From NCBI GenBank assembly GCA_965203175.1, contig OZ241867.1, positions 3,136,001-3,200,000 on the forward strand: a DNA stretch of 64,000 nucleotides, read 5' to 3'. Under the pieces are notes generated by a model. The model was not told the origin of the DNA. It ran no database searches and saw only the letters and a list, made by a program, of their open reading frames with translations. This document shows positions 7,873 through 17,570 of this stretch, piece after piece. The translations under genes and the position numbers were made by a program. Numbering within the stretch: position 1 is the stretch's first letter; each line of letters begins with the position of its first letter. Source of the DNA: Candidatus Latescibacterota bacterium (GTDB lineage Bacteria; Latescibacterota; UBA2968; UBA8231).

Positions 7873-10006
7873 CGGACAGGGCCTTGTAAATGGCGTAGTT
7901 TCTGAGGACTAGCTTGACGTAGAGGCGGGTTTCCTTGAAGGGAATGCGCTCGACGAAAGCGTCTGGATCTTCGGAGGGAAAGGTCTTGAGCCACCGGCGG
8001 GCGTTGTGCGGGCCGGCGTTGTACGCGGCCAAGCCCAGTTCAAAGCCCAAGTCCGCGCCCGCGTCGTTCGTGAATTGGCGCATTTGGTCGCCGAGAAAGT
8101 AACTGCCCAAGCGGATGGAGACGGCCGGGTCGAAGAGCGCGCGCAACTCAAAGGGTTTCACCTCCAACCTCCGCGCGAGGTTGAGGCCGGTATGGGGCAT
8201 GATTTGCATCAGGCCCCTGGCACCCGCCCGCGATACCGCTTTTTCGTTGAATGTACTCTCCTGGCGAATTACCGACAGGACCAGATAGGGGTCGATTTGA
8301 GCCTCGGCCGCGGCTGCCGCAATCTCTTCCCAGTAGTAAGTCGGGTAGATGCGCGACAATTCCTCTGGGTCTTGCCCGTCGAATAGGCGCAGCGATAGTC
8401 GCATAGCTTGGTCGCGAATGCCGAGCGCCTCGTAGTAGTCGCGGATGGCCTTTAGCGCAGTCTTGTGACCCTTGTAGTCGCGGACGGCTTGTTCCATCTC
8501 GGCTACCGACCAGTCCCTTAGCCCCAATTGGTTCAACAAGCCAGCGCGTTCGAGGTGTGCCCTGTGCGCTAGCGCGGGGACATCGTCTTGGCGGGGGTTG
8601 TCTGTGGGTCGCTTCTTGAGCTGGACCTGTTCTTTATGGCCCAACAGGACGGCGCGGGCCGAGTAGTAAGAGCGGGGAAATCCGGCGGCGGCGCGGCGAT
8701 AGAACGCGGTGGCGTCCTGTGTCTGGCCCAGCCGATCTGCACTTTTCCCAGCCCAATACAGGGATTGGTCGATGATGTGGGGCTGGCGCGCCTGCTGACT
8801 CGCGCGTTCAAAAGCGGCGCGGGCTTCGGAGTATTGCTCTTGGCAATAGAGCGCGAAGCCAGCGCTCCAACGCGCTTCGTCGCCGTAATCGGTCTGCGGG
8901 TAGTGTTCGGCTAGGCGGCCATAAAGCGTTGCGGCGCGGGCGAACTGGCTTTTGCGCTCGGCGGCTTTGGCGGCCTGCCACAGGGCGTCGTCGGCCAAGT
9001 CGTGCTGGGGGTAGCGCTTGGCAAAGCTCGCATAGGCTGCAATGGCCTTGTCTTCGCGGTTTCTGCGGACTGAGAGACTGGCGATGCGATACAGGGCCGC
9101 TGGGCTGCCGTAGCGCTCGTGAACCGTGCGAAAAACCTGCTCGGCCTTGGTGTAGTGCCCCGCAGATTGGTGGGCCCGGCCGAGCATGTAATGTGCTTTG
9201 GAGGCGCGCTGGTCGTCGCTGTGCGTGCGGACGAAGTGTCGAAAGCTCTTGATGGCTTGGTTGTACTGCTTGTGGCTGTAATAGGTGTGGGCCTTGGCAT
9301 AAGCCGTGCGGGCGTCGAGCTTCTTGGGCAGATGCGACAGGCTATTGCGGGCGTGCTTGGAACGGGGATGGTTCTCCAGCAGGTCTAAACGCCACTTTTG
9401 TGCCCGCGCTGAGTTGTGCTTTTGGCTGGTGGTTGCGAGCAAGTAGAGCACCCGCGCTGGATCGGAGTCTTGCGGGAGCTGCTCCTCGTACAGGGCGAGG
9501 GCCTTGGCGGGTTGGCCGGCGGTCTGGTAGAGGGAGGCCAAGCGCAGGCGGGCTGGGCTGCGGAGGATCGGGTTGGTCGAGGTAGTCAGAAAGTTTTCGT
9601 ACTCGGCGATGGCTTCATGCGTCTGGCCCATGTCCTCTAGGGAGCGGGCCATCCAGAAGCGGCGGTAGTCGTCCAAGGCCGGTAGGTCGAGGTCGCGCAA
9701 ACGATCGTACGCGCGGCTTGGCTCTTTGAGCATGCGCTCGCAAAACGCCCGTTGGAACTCGAGGTGTGCTTGAGCGGTCGGCTCGTGTTGGATCGTGTCT
9801 AACGCGGTGAGTTGGGGATAGGCGAGATCGCAGCGGTCTTCGGCGATCAGCACGGCGATTGGGCTAGGCGGCTCCGGCGTGAGAACCTCGGGAGGCGGCT
9901 CGGGGGGAGGCTCAGTGGGGGCCGAAAAGTAGAAATAGACTCCTGGTAGCAGGACCAGCAGAATCAGGGTTAGCGTTGTCCAAGCCCATTTGGCTTTGTC
10001 GGTCAT
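7862..10006 (-). CDS. TPR-containing soluble lytic transglycosylase (Slt-like)
   Basis: N-terminal TM anchor and TPR repeats; IRQES, GARGLMQIMP, AAYNAG, IPFKETRLYV motifs. Confidence 0.92.
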   Translation of the reverse strand: MTDKAKWAWTTLTLILLVLLPGVYFYFSAPTEPPPEPPPEVLTPEPPSPIAVLIAEDRCDLAYPQLTALDTIQHEPTAQAHLEFQRAFCERMLKEPSRAYDRLRDLDLPALDDYRRFWMARSLEDMGQTHEAIAEYENFLTTSTNPILRSPARLRLASLYQTAGQPAKALALYEEQLPQDSDPARVLYLLATTSQKHNSARAQKWRLDLLENHPRSKHARNSLSHLPKKLDARTAYAKAHTYYSHKQYNQAIKSFRHFVRTHSDDQRASKAHYMLGRAHQSAGHYTKAEQVFRTVHERYGSPAALYRIASLSVRRNREDKAIAAYASFAKRYPQHDLADDALWQAAKAAERKSQFARAATLYGRLAEHYPQTDYGDEARWSAGFALYCQEQYSEARAAFERASQQARQPHIIDQSLYWAGKSADRLGQTQDATAFYRRAAAGFPRSYYSARAVLLGHKEQVQLKKRPTDNPRQDDVPALAHRAHLERAGLLNQLGLRDWSVAEMEQAVRDYKGHKTALKAIRDYYEALGIRDQAMRLSLRLFDGQDPEELSRIYPTYYWEEIAAAAAEAQIDPYLVLSVIRQESTFNEKAVSRAGARGLMQIMPHTGLNLARRLEVKPFELRALFDPAVSIRLGSYFLGDQMRQFTNDAGADLGFELGLAAYNAGPHNARRWLKTFPSEDPDAFVERIPFKETRLYVKLVLRNYAIYKALSDDV

Positions 10007-10191
10007 TGGTATTGAAAAGGTTTAAAGTGGATCGCTATTAGACGCGCCAGCGGCGCATCGCGCTCTCAAAAATACAACGGCCTAGCGTTAGGGGCCAAGC
10101 GAAAAATCGCCGTGCGATAGCGCGGCAAATAGGGCCAAGCACCCAGCGAATGGCCACTAGCGGCGCATCTTAGGACGTTAGGCGTCGTGCT

Positions 10192-11607
10192 TCAGCGGCG
10201 TTTGGGTGCGTAGAGGTGCGTGCTCTGGCCGCGGTGGCTTTCGGCCGCTTCCATGAGGGTTTCGGAGAGCGTGGGATGGGGGTGGATCGAAAGCTGGACA
10301 TCTGCTGCGAGCGCGGCCATTTCCACGGCCAGGACGCCCTCGGCGATCAGCTCGCCCGCGCCGCTGCCGGCAATGCCCACGCCTAGGATGCGGTCGGTCT
10401 GGGGATCGATGAGTAGCTTGGTGAGGCCGTCATTTGCGCCTTGAGTCATGGCACGGCCAGAAGCCGACCAGGGAAAACGCGCGACTTCAACCGAGCGGCC
10501 CTGCTGTTTGGCCTCTTCCTCAGTAAGGCCGCACCAAGCGATTTCCGGGTCGGTATAGACGACGTTGGGAATGGCTTGGGGTGCAAAGACCTGTTTTTCG
10601 TGTCCAGCCACGACCTCGGCTGCTAGGCTTCCTTGGTGGGCGGCCGTATGGGCGAGGGCCGCGCCTACGAGGTCGCCAATGGCGAAAATCGAAGACTCGG
10701 CCGTGCGCAGTTGGTCATCGACCTGGACGTAGCCGTGCCCGTCGAGGCCGACGGCGGTGTGTTCCAAACCCAAGTCTTCGCTATTGGGGACCCGGCCAAC
10801 GGCGAGCAGGATTTTGGCATAAGTCTTGGAAAAGCTCTGGCCGTCGCTGTTCTGTAACTGTACCGCTAAGCCATCGTCGCTCTCGGCGAGTGCGGTCACT
10901 TGGGTGTTGAGCATGATCTCGTCGAAGCGCTCGGCGGCCGTGTTGTGCAGGGGTTTGACCAAGTCGCGGTCGGCCGGGGGAATCAGCCCGGGGAGCATTT
11001 CGACGACCGAAACCTGGGTTCCCAACGCCGCGTACACCTGCCCTAGTTCCATGCCGATGATGCCGCCGCCGACGACGAGCATGGAAGCGGGTATGTCGGG
11101 GAGTGCGACGGCTGCGGTCGAATCCATGATGCAATCGCTCGGCTGGTCAAAGAGCGCGGGCACGGCTGGGCGCGACCCACTGGCGAGGATGGCGTGTTCA
11201 AACTGCAATGCGTCTTGACTGCCGTCGGCTTTGTCGATTTGCAAGGTGTGGGGATCGACAAAGCGGGCGCGTCCCTGCACGTAGGTCAGCTTGCGCGCCC
11301 TGACGAGTTGACCTAGGCCCTGCGTCATCTTGGCGACGACCTCATCCTTCCAATTCCGCAACTTGTCGAGGTCAATCTCGGGCGCGGCGAATTGGATGCC
11401 CCAGTGCTCGGCTTCTCTCGCTTCGTAGAGAAGCTTGGAAATGTGCAGGAGGGACTTGGAGGGGATGCAGCCTCGGTAGAGGCAAACGCCGCCTGGATGG
11501 GCTTCGGGATCGATCAATGCGACGTCCAACCCCAAGTCCGCGGCCTTAAAGGCGGCGACGTAGCCGCCCGGACCACCGCCGATGACCGCTAGCTGGGCTT
11601 TGTCCAT
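10192..11607 (-). CDS. lpdA: Dihydrolipoyl dehydrogenase (E3)
   Basis: GGGPGGY, GGVCLYRGCIPSK, HPHPTLSE. Confidence 0.96.
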   Translation of the reverse strand: MDKAQLAVIGGGPGGYVAAFKAADLGLDVALIDPEAHPGGVCLYRGCIPSKSLLHISKLLYEAREAEHWGIQFAAPEIDLDKLRNWKDEVVAKMTQGLGQLVRARKLTYVQGRARFVDPHTLQIDKADGSQDALQFEHAILASGSRPAVPALFDQPSDCIMDSTAAVALPDIPASMLVVGGGIIGMELGQVYAALGTQVSVVEMLPGLIPPADRDLVKPLHNTAAERFDEIMLNTQVTALAESDDGLAVQLQNSDGQSFSKTYAKILLAVGRVPNSEDLGLEHTAVGLDGHGYVQVDDQLRTAESSIFAIGDLVGAALAHTAAHQGSLAAEVVAGHEKQVFAPQAIPNVVYTDPEIAWCGLTEEEAKQQGRSVEVARFPWSASGRAMTQGANDGLTKLLIDPQTDRILGVGIAGSGAGELIAEGVLAVEMAALAADVQLSIHPHPTLSETLMEAAESHRGQSTHLYAPKRR

Positions 11608-11614
11608 AGCTGCC

Positions 11615-12910
11615 TCAGCCTTCCAAGAGCGCGATAAAGGGGTCTTCCAATGCCGTGCAGATCCAGCGGAGGAAGCGCGCGCCATCGGCCCCGTCGATCA
11701 GGCGATGGTCGTAGGACAGCGACAGGGGCAGGAAGGTGCGCGGCTGGAACTGGCCGTCGATATACGCGGGTTCGACTTGCGAGCGCGCCACTCCGAGGAT
11801 TGCCACTTCGGGCGGGTTGACAATGGGTGTAAAGGCGGTGCCGCCCATGGTGCCGACATTGCTGAGGGTCATGGATCCGCCCTGCATGTCGGCCGGTCCG
11901 ATTTTGCGCTCGCGCGTCTTTTGCGCTAGCTCGCTGAGCTCGACCGCTAGCTCGATGATGCTCTTTTGGTCCACGTCGCGCACCACTGGCACGAGCAGGC
12001 CGTGGGGGGTATCGACGGCAATGCCGATGTGGAAGTAGCGTTTGTACACGACTTCCCGCTGGGCTATGTCGATGCTGGCGTTGAACTGCGGGAAGACCTT
12101 GAGGGCGATGCCGAGTATTTTGATGAGGATTGCGGTTGGCGTCAGCTTGCCGCCGGCTGCTTCGGCCTTTTTGCCGTATTCTGCGCGCCACTTTTCCAAG
12201 CTGGTGATGTCGGCCTTGTCGAATTGGGTGACCTGCGGGATGGTGGCCCAAGCCTGCGCTAGGCGCTCGGCGGTTATCTCGCGCACCTTGGTCATGGACT
12301 GGCGCTCGACAGCGCCCCACTGGCTGAAGTCGGGCAGCGGTGCGGATGCGATTGGGGCTGCAACCCCCGCTGCGTGCAGCTTTTTTGAGTGCGCTTTGAC
12401 GTCGTCAATTGAGATTCGGTCGCCTGGGCCTGTGCCTTGGACCTGCGCAATATCGACGCCAATCTCGCGGGCTAGGCGGCGCGTCGATGGTGCGGCTGGG
12501 ACGGGGCCGTCTGTAGATGCAGCTATGGGCGCGAGAGGGACTTCTTCGACGACCGGGATGGCCTTTTGTTCTTGTGGGATTGGGGTAGGGGCTGGTTCCT
12601 CTACCGGTGCAGGCGCAGGAGCTGGTTCCTCGGCGGCTGGGGGCGTTTCCTCTGCGGCCGAGGCTTCGCCCTCGCCCGTCTCGACTTCGAGGATGGGCTG
12701 CCCGACGGCGATGGTGTCGCCCTGTTGGATGAGAATTCCGGTAACGGTGCCGTCTATGGAGGAGGGCACCTCAATGACGGCCTTGTCGGTTTCAAGCTCG
12801 ATGACGGTCTGGTCTTCGGCGAGGCGATCACCGACATCGACAAGGATGCGGATCACATCGCCACTTTCGATGTTTTCTCCCAAGTCGGGCAGAGCAAATT
12901 GTACGGGCAT
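11615..12910 (-). CDS. aceF: Pyruvate dehydrogenase E2 dihydrolipoamide acetyltransferase
   Basis: Lipoyl motif ELETDKA, E3-binding domain, DHRLIDG. Confidence 0.93.
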   Translation of the reverse strand: MPVQFALPDLGENIESGDVIRILVDVGDRLAEDQTVIELETDKAVIEVPSSIDGTVTGILIQQGDTIAVGQPILEVETGEGEASAAEETPPAAEEPAPAPAPVEEPAPTPIPQEQKAIPVVEEVPLAPIAASTDGPVPAAPSTRRLAREIGVDIAQVQGTGPGDRISIDDVKAHSKKLHAAGVAAPIASAPLPDFSQWGAVERQSMTKVREITAERLAQAWATIPQVTQFDKADITSLEKWRAEYGKKAEAAGGKLTPTAILIKILGIALKVFPQFNASIDIAQREVVYKRYFHIGIAVDTPHGLLVPVVRDVDQKSIIELAVELSELAQKTRERKIGPADMQGGSMTLSNVGTMGGTAFTPIVNPPEVAILGVARSQVEPAYIDGQFQPRTFLPLSLSYDHRLIDGADGARFLRWICTALEDPFIALLEG

Positions 12911-12924
12911 AGGGTGATCTAAAC

Positions 12925-15585
12925 TCACAGGTAAATGGGATTGGGTCTTGCCGGATCAATCTCTAGGTCTTGCATGGCTTGGGCGACTGCGTCGCATTCG
13001 ATTTGCCCCTCGCGCGCCAGCGCGCTTAAGGCCCCCAAGGCTATGAAGCGGTAATCAACCTCAAAGTGGTCGCGCAGGGCCTCGCGGGTCTCGCTGCGGC
13101 CGAAGCCATCGGTGCCGAGAGAGACGGGCGGGTTGGGAAACCAGCGGGCAATGGATTCCGGGAGGGCCTTGACGTAGTCCGAGGCCATGACGTACACGCC
13201 GCGTTCTTTGGCTAGGGATTGTTCGATGTAGCTGAGACGGGGTTTTTCGCCGGGATGCAGGCGGTTCCAACGCTCGGCATCGAGGGCGTCGCGGTGCAGA
13301 GCCTTGTAGCTGGTGATGCTCCAGACATCTGCGCTGACTTGGTATTTTTCTTCGAGGAGGCTCTGCGCTTTGAGGGCGCTGTTGATGATTGCGCCGCTGC
13401 CGAAGAGGTGAGCCTTGAGGCGGGCGCGTTTCTTGGCCGAGGGCTTGAACTTGTACATGCCCTTGAGAATGCCTTCTTCGACTCCGTCGGGCATCTCCGG
13501 CATGGCATAGATGTCGTTTTCGACTGTTAGGTAGTAGAACACGTCCTCCTGCTCGACGTACATGCGGCGGATGCCCTCGCGGATGATGACGGCAATCTCG
13601 TAGCCGAAAGCGGGATCGTAGGCTTCGAGATTGGGCACGGGATAGGCCAAGAGGTGGCTGTGCCCGTCCTCGTGTTGCAGCCCTTCGCCGTTGAGCGTGG
13701 TGCGCCCAGCCGTGCCGCCGACCATGAAGCCCTTGACCCGCATGTCGCCCGCTAGCCAGACTAAATCGCCGATCCGCTGCATCCCGAACATCGAGTAGTA
13801 GATGAAGAAGGGGATGGTGTTGATGCCGTGAGTAGCATAGGCCGAGCCGGCCGCGATAAAGGAGGACATAGAGCCGGCCTCGGTGATGCCCTCTTCGAGT
13901 ATCTGGCCGTCTTTGGCCTCTTTGTAGTAGGTGATGACGTCTTTGTCAACCGGCTCGTATAACTGGCCTAGGCTCGAATAGATCCCGAACTGACGGAAGA
14001 GCGGCTCCATGCCGAAAGTGCGCGATTCGTCGGGGACGATAGGGACGACTAAATTGCCGATTTGCTTGTCTTGCATGAGCTTGCGCATGACTGCGACAAA
14101 GGCCATCGTCGTGGCAAACTCGCGCTTGCCCGAGCTCTTTTTGAATTCGTCCCACAGCGTTTCCGGCGGCATGGTCAGCGGGGGAGCCATTACCTGCCGC
14201 TGGGGCACGTAGCCGCCGAGGCTTTCCCGCCGCTGGCGGATGTACTGGATTTCCGGGCTGTCGTCCGGGGGCCGGTAGAACGGCGTCTCCGCGACCTCGT
14301 CGTCCGAGATGGGAATGCCGAAGCGGGTGCGGAAAAGGCGGATCTCGTCCTCGTTGAGCTTTTTTTGCTGATGGGTAATGTTCTTGCCCTCGCCAGCCTC
14401 GCCCATGCCGTAGCCCTTAATGGTCTTGGCGAGGATGACGGTGGGCGCACTTTTTTGGGCGATGGCTTGCTGGTAGGCGGCATAGACCTTTTCTGGGTCG
14501 TGGCCGCCGCGCCGCATTTTCTGGAGTTGTTCGTCCGAGTGGTGCTCGACCATTGCGGCTAGTTTCGGGTCGGTGCCGAAGAAGTCGTGGCGGATGTAGC
14601 TGCCGTCGGAGACCGAGTACTTCTGGTACTGGCCATCGACGACCTCGTTCATGCGCTGGGCTAAGCTGCCGTCGGTGTCCTGTTCCAAGAGCGGATCCCA
14701 GTCGTCGCCCCAGATCACCTTGACGACGTTCCAACCGGCACCGCGGAAGACCGCTTCGAGTTCTTGTATTATCTTTCCATTGCCGCGCACGGGGCCGTCG
14801 AGGCGCTGGAGGTTGCAGTTGACGACCCAGATGAGGTTGTTGAGTTGTTCGCGCGCAGCGAGGGTGAGCGCGCCCAAGCTCTCGGGCTCGTCGCATTCGC
14901 CGTCGCCCAAAAAGGCCCACACCTTGCTGTCGTCAACGGGCTTGAGGCCGCGGTTTTCGAGGTAGCGGTTGAAGCGAGCCTGATAGATCGAAAGGATTGG
15001 CCCCAAGCCCATAGACACGGTCGGGAACTGCCAAAAGTCCGGCATCAGCCAGGGGTGTGGATAGGAGGCGAGGCCACCGCCTTCTTGCAACTCGCGGCGG
15101 AAATTTTCCAACTGATGCTCGTTGAGGCGCCCTTCGAGAAAGGCGCGGGCGTAGATGCCGGGGGAGGCGTGTCCTTGGAAGTATATCTGGTCGCCGGGAT
15201 GGCCGTTGCTGGGGGCGCGGAAAAAGTGGTTGTAGCCGACCTCGTAGAGAGTGGCCGAAGAGGCGTAGGTCGAGATGTGGCCGCCGAGGTTGGAGTTATC
15301 GTGATTGGCGCGCACGACCATGGCCATGGCGTTCCAGCGCACGATGCTTTTGATCCGTCGCTCAATCTCGCGGCTGCCCGGATAGGGTGGCTGCTGATCG
15401 CGGGGAATGGTGTTGATGTAGGGCGTATTGACGCTGAAGGGCGTGCCGACGCCGGCTTCTGCGGCGTGGGTTTGGAGCTGTTGTAGGAGCTTGAGGACCT
15501 GCGCGGGCGTCCTATGGGCCAGCACGTAATCGAGGGATTCGAGCCACTCGCTCAGTTCGGCTTGTAGTTCTTGGGCGTTGCTCAT
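12925..15585 (-). CDS. aceE: Pyruvate dehydrogenase E1, homodimeric type
   Basis: GGHISTYASSA, FPTVSMGLGP, GDGECDEPES, GEGLQHEDGHS. Confidence 0.97.
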   Translation of the reverse strand: MSNAQELQAELSEWLESLDYVLAHRTPAQVLKLLQQLQTHAAEAGVGTPFSVNTPYINTIPRDQQPPYPGSREIERRIKSIVRWNAMAMVVRANHDNSNLGGHISTYASSATLYEVGYNHFFRAPSNGHPGDQIYFQGHASPGIYARAFLEGRLNEHQLENFRRELQEGGGLASYPHPWLMPDFWQFPTVSMGLGPILSIYQARFNRYLENRGLKPVDDSKVWAFLGDGECDEPESLGALTLAAREQLNNLIWVVNCNLQRLDGPVRGNGKIIQELEAVFRGAGWNVVKVIWGDDWDPLLEQDTDGSLAQRMNEVVDGQYQKYSVSDGSYIRHDFFGTDPKLAAMVEHHSDEQLQKMRRGGHDPEKVYAAYQQAIAQKSAPTVILAKTIKGYGMGEAGEGKNITHQQKKLNEDEIRLFRTRFGIPISDDEVAETPFYRPPDDSPEIQYIRQRRESLGGYVPQRQVMAPPLTMPPETLWDEFKKSSGKREFATTMAFVAVMRKLMQDKQIGNLVVPIVPDESRTFGMEPLFRQFGIYSSLGQLYEPVDKDVITYYKEAKDGQILEEGITEAGSMSSFIAAGSAYATHGINTIPFFIYYSMFGMQRIGDLVWLAGDMRVKGFMVGGTAGRTTLNGEGLQHEDGHSHLLAYPVPNLEAYDPAFGYEIAVIIREGIRRMYVEQEDVFYYLTVENDIYAMPEMPDGVEEGILKGMYKFKPSAKKRARLKAHLFGSGAIINSALKAQSLLEEKYQVSADVWSITSYKALHRDALDAERWNRLHPGEKPRLSYIEQSLAKERGVYVMASDYVKALPESIARWFPNPPVSLGTDGFGRSETREALRDHFEVDYRFIALGALSALAREGQIECDAVAQAMQDLEIDPARPNPIYL

Positions 15586-15743
15586 GGCTGAAACAATTCC
15601 TTTGCGTAGGCCGTCTTATAGGTCGAAAAAAGATAATAAGCACGTGTTTTCTTGGCAAAAAACCGTTTTGTTACAATCAGTTATAATAGTATAGTAGATA
15701 TTGCCACTCGCGCTGACAGTCGGCGCAGAAAGAGAGGCTTTCG

Positions 15744-17501
15744 GTGCGTAGACACAGAACCGCCTATGTCTTTTTGCTGGCGTCGCTGCTTTTGCATCTC
15801 ACCGCGCTTTACCTAGGAGATCACCTGTGGCGCGACGAGCTGGATGCGGAGACTTTCCGCGTGCGTCTGGCCCGCATCCCACCGCAGTTCAAGCCCCCCC
15901 GCCCGATCCCCCTGCCCCGCTTGGACGTAGAGGCGTTGAAAGTGGAGATGGAGTATCTGCGGGCTGACCGGCCGGCCGTGGATATCCGCGACCCCAATCT
16001 AGAAAGCGAGACGACCCCTCCCGAGCTAGAGGCTCCGACAGCCCCCTTGGCGTTGCGCGAGATAGCCGTTGGTGCGAAGGAAGAGGCACCAATTTTAGAG
16101 CGCGAGAAGATGATCTCGCCCTCGTCGTTGGGGTTGGCCGATAGCATGGGCGTCGCCTCAATGGATCTCTTGCGGATAGAGGACATGGCTCGGGCCAATA
16201 AGGATCACGCCGCCATCATCCCCAGTCGGGCGACCCGTCGCGACTTGGCTGGCTACGTAAATTTTACTCAGTTGTGCCTCTATGGGGCCAGTTCGGGGCG
16301 CGGTGCGCTCGATGCCCTGAGCCGCTACGTGCGCGACCATACCGATTTGTTGGCACAGGTTCGCGACAAGACCTACGAATATTTCCGGTCGGAGCAACTG
16401 CTCAAGGACCCCGTCCACTTCTTCTTCCAAGACACCACGTGTGTTTACCCTTACGACCCGAACGCCTTGACCAAGTTCAGTGCGGAGGAGAAGGAGCTTT
16501 TGGGCCGCTATCTGCGCGAGGGAGGGTTCCTGTTTATCGAGGGCGGCGGCCGCTATCTGCGCGAAATGAAAGACCATCTGCGCGAGATTTTAGGGTCTGA
16601 GGCGCGCTTGGCACCCATCCCGACCTCGCATCCGCTATATCACTCCTTTTACGAGTTCGGCGGCGGCTTCCCCGGAGAGGACAAATCGCGCATTGAGGAT
16701 GTGGGGGAGAACCGCTCTTGGTATTATCCAACCAGCAATCGAGATGCTCTTTTGGCCGTGCAGGAAGCACAAGCGGCCACCACCTCTGGGGCCACCCCTG
16801 TGGGTGAAGGGTTGCCACCGCCAGAGGGGTTGTGGGGGGTTGAAATGAACGGTGAACTCGTGGCCGTGCTCAGCGACTTGATGTTGGGGGAGAATTGGCG
16901 GACTAGCTTCAACGTTGAAGACGAAGTCACGGAACCGACAACCTATGCGCTGATGGCGGGGACCAACGTCTTGGTCTATGCGCTGACGCGCAAAAGCGGC
17001 ATCACGCCCCAACTGCCGCCGCCGACTTGGATGCCGGATCAAAGGCCCGTGGCTATGGTACAAGAGGCACCGCTAGCCATCGACATCGCCATTGCCGACG
17101 AGTTGCTGTTCGATGCGCTAGACGCTTGGCTGGCTTTGGTGTTGGCTCCCATCGGCAGCGAGATCACAGAGGATATCACAGTGCGCTTGGACGGCCGTTA
17201 CTCGCTCGAATTGCTCAAGCGCGGCTACCAGGGATTGCTTTTTCACAATCTGCCCGCTGGCAAGCATTGGGTTGAGTTGAGCTATGGTGGGCAGACCCAA
17301 CAGGTGGAGGTCGATCTGAAGGGGGGCAAGGTCACCACGCTGACGTTCGCGCTCAATCGCTTTGCCTTTGTGGTTCGGCTGCGGGTGCAGGAGCAGGAGG
17401 AACGGGCGGATTGGCCGCGCTGGTCTGCGGCCTTTGCCGACTTGGAGGTCGAGGAGGTTTACTTGGCCGCCGATCGCGATTGGTTGGAAGGCGGCCCGTG
17501 A
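15744..17501 (+). CDS. Membrane-anchored DUF4159-like protein, copy 1
   Basis: N-terminal ASLLLH anchor; EKELLGRYLREGGFLFI, HPLYHSFY, GTNVLVYALT motifs. Confidence 0.8.
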   Translation: MRRHRTAYVFLLASLLLHLTALYLGDHLWRDELDAETFRVRLARIPPQFKPPRPIPLPRLDVEALKVEMEYLRADRPAVDIRDPNLESETTPPELEAPTAPLALREIAVGAKEEAPILEREKMISPSSLGLADSMGVASMDLLRIEDMARANKDHAAIIPSRATRRDLAGYVNFTQLCLYGASSGRGALDALSRYVRDHTDLLAQVRDKTYEYFRSEQLLKDPVHFFFQDTTCVYPYDPNALTKFSAEEKELLGRYLREGGFLFIEGGGRYLREMKDHLREILGSEARLAPIPTSHPLYHSFYEFGGGFPGEDKSRIEDVGENRSWYYPTSNRDALLAVQEAQAATTSGATPVGEGLPPPEGLWGVEMNGELVAVLSDLMLGENWRTSFNVEDEVTEPTTYALMAGTNVLVYALTRKSGITPQLPPPTWMPDQRPVAMVQEAPLAIDIAIADELLFDALDAWLALVLAPIGSEITEDITVRLDGRYSLELLKRGYQGLLFHNLPAGKHWVELSYGGQTQQVEVDLKGGKVTTLTFALNRFAFVVRLRVQEQEERADWPRWSAAFADLEVEEVYLAADRDWLEGGP

Positions 17502-17570
17502 TAAGTTTTAGCCGAATACTAGCGCTAGCTCGATTCGCGCTGATGAGCGGCGCAGAAAGAGAGACTCCCG

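Noticed and set aside
10030-10190. Short repeats (GGGCCAAGC x2, AGCGGCGCATC x2) between lpdA and slt
   Set aside because: Too short and irregular to support an array or element.
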